Source: an uncultured bacterium
Lineage (GTDB): Bacteria > Patescibacteriota > Minisyncoccia > Phycocordibacterales > PALSA-1337
Direction of reading: 5' to 3'
Length of the DNA: 47,260 nt
Assembly (NCBI GenBank): GCA_903864905.1
Contig: CAIPHR010000052.1
Span: 1 to 47,260, forward strand
The notes beneath the pieces were generated by a model. It did not search any database. It was not told the DNA's origin and saw nothing but the letters and a program-made list of their open reading frames with translations. This document shows, piece by piece, positions 46,752-47,260 of the stretch. Each line of letters opens with the position of its first letter. Within the stretch, counting starts at the first letter, position 1. The translations under genes and the position numbers were made by a program.

Positions 46752-47260
46752 ATGAGTAATACACAACAATTGTCGCAAGAACTCGCTTCTTTGAGAAGGG
46801 AGGAACAACAGGAGTCAAGCTCTTTATTGCGAAAAGAGGGGGAATTGCGTCAGGTTAGTAATAATAAACTCAATATAGAAAACACGATTGCGCAAAAGAC
46901 GAGGGAACTTGGTGCAAAGAAAAAAAGGATCACCCAGATCAAACCTGATCTAGAAAGGGAGGAGTCGCAGTTGAAAGAGCGCAATACGAAACAGGCTGAG
47001 CTCGACAATGAGAAAGATCATCTGGGGTCTTCTTCAAAAAAAGTAGAGTTAAAGCGTTCTATTGAGTCCAAGAGGTCAGAGATCAAAAAAAGACAGTTCA
47101 TGATACAGAAACTGACCGCAGAAGTAGAGACTAGCCAGGCAGATATAGACAAAATAAACATAGAGCTTGGTACATATGAAAAGAATGAGAAGATCATTCA
47201 AGAAAAAGCTATACAGCTAGGTAAGTCTGGGGGAGGATCAAGTCTGGAACAATCAGTGAA
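46752..47260 (+). CDS. Coiled-coil hypothetical protein, truncated by the window end (not in the ORF track)
   Basis: Open frame from ATG 46752 (MSNTQQLSQELASLRREEQQ...) to the end of the window, rich in E/K/Q. Confidence 0.7.
   Translation, partial: MSNTQQLSQELASLRREEQQESSSLLRKEGELRQVSNNKLNIENTIAQKTRELGAKKKRITQIKPDLEREESQLKERNTKQAELDNEKDHLGSSSKKVELKRSIESKRSEIKKRQFMIQKLTAEVETSQADIDKINIELGTYEKNEKIIQEKAIQLGKSGGGSSLEQSV

Overview
47 kb of core chromosome from a small-genome bacterium. Gene content and style point to Patescibacteria/CPR, Parcubacteria-like (inference): short YebC, HolA and PolA, CPR-type pilin and PrgI/VirB4 genes, and no Shine-Dalgarno motifs. The window spans the replication origin (yidC-rnpA-rpmH divergent from dnaA-dnaN, with DnaA boxes). 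It carries housekeeping genes (cca, xth, xer recombinase, rpsO, pnp, dksA-like, comM, pcrA, rsmA, PBP1A, ruvC, yebC, ruvB, pilB/gspE, tsaE, polA, holA), two tRNAs and a ~13 kb T4SS-like cluster with no relaxase. The most interesting signals lie outside the ORF track: (1) two copies of an 81-bp palindromic element with compensatory stem changes, inserted in frame in polA; (2) a cluster of parS-like sites inside the cca coding sequence; (3) a ~365-nt structured candidate ncRNA bounded by a promoter and terminator between cca and xth; (4) several intergenic long-inverted-repeat elements with branched interiors; (5) pervasive -10 boxes 6-9 nt before ATG, suggesting leaderless mRNAs; (6) dispersed DnaA boxes whose orientation mostly flips at dnaA; (7) a tRNA-Lys-derived minihelix. 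All calls come from reading the sequence by eye; no searches were run.
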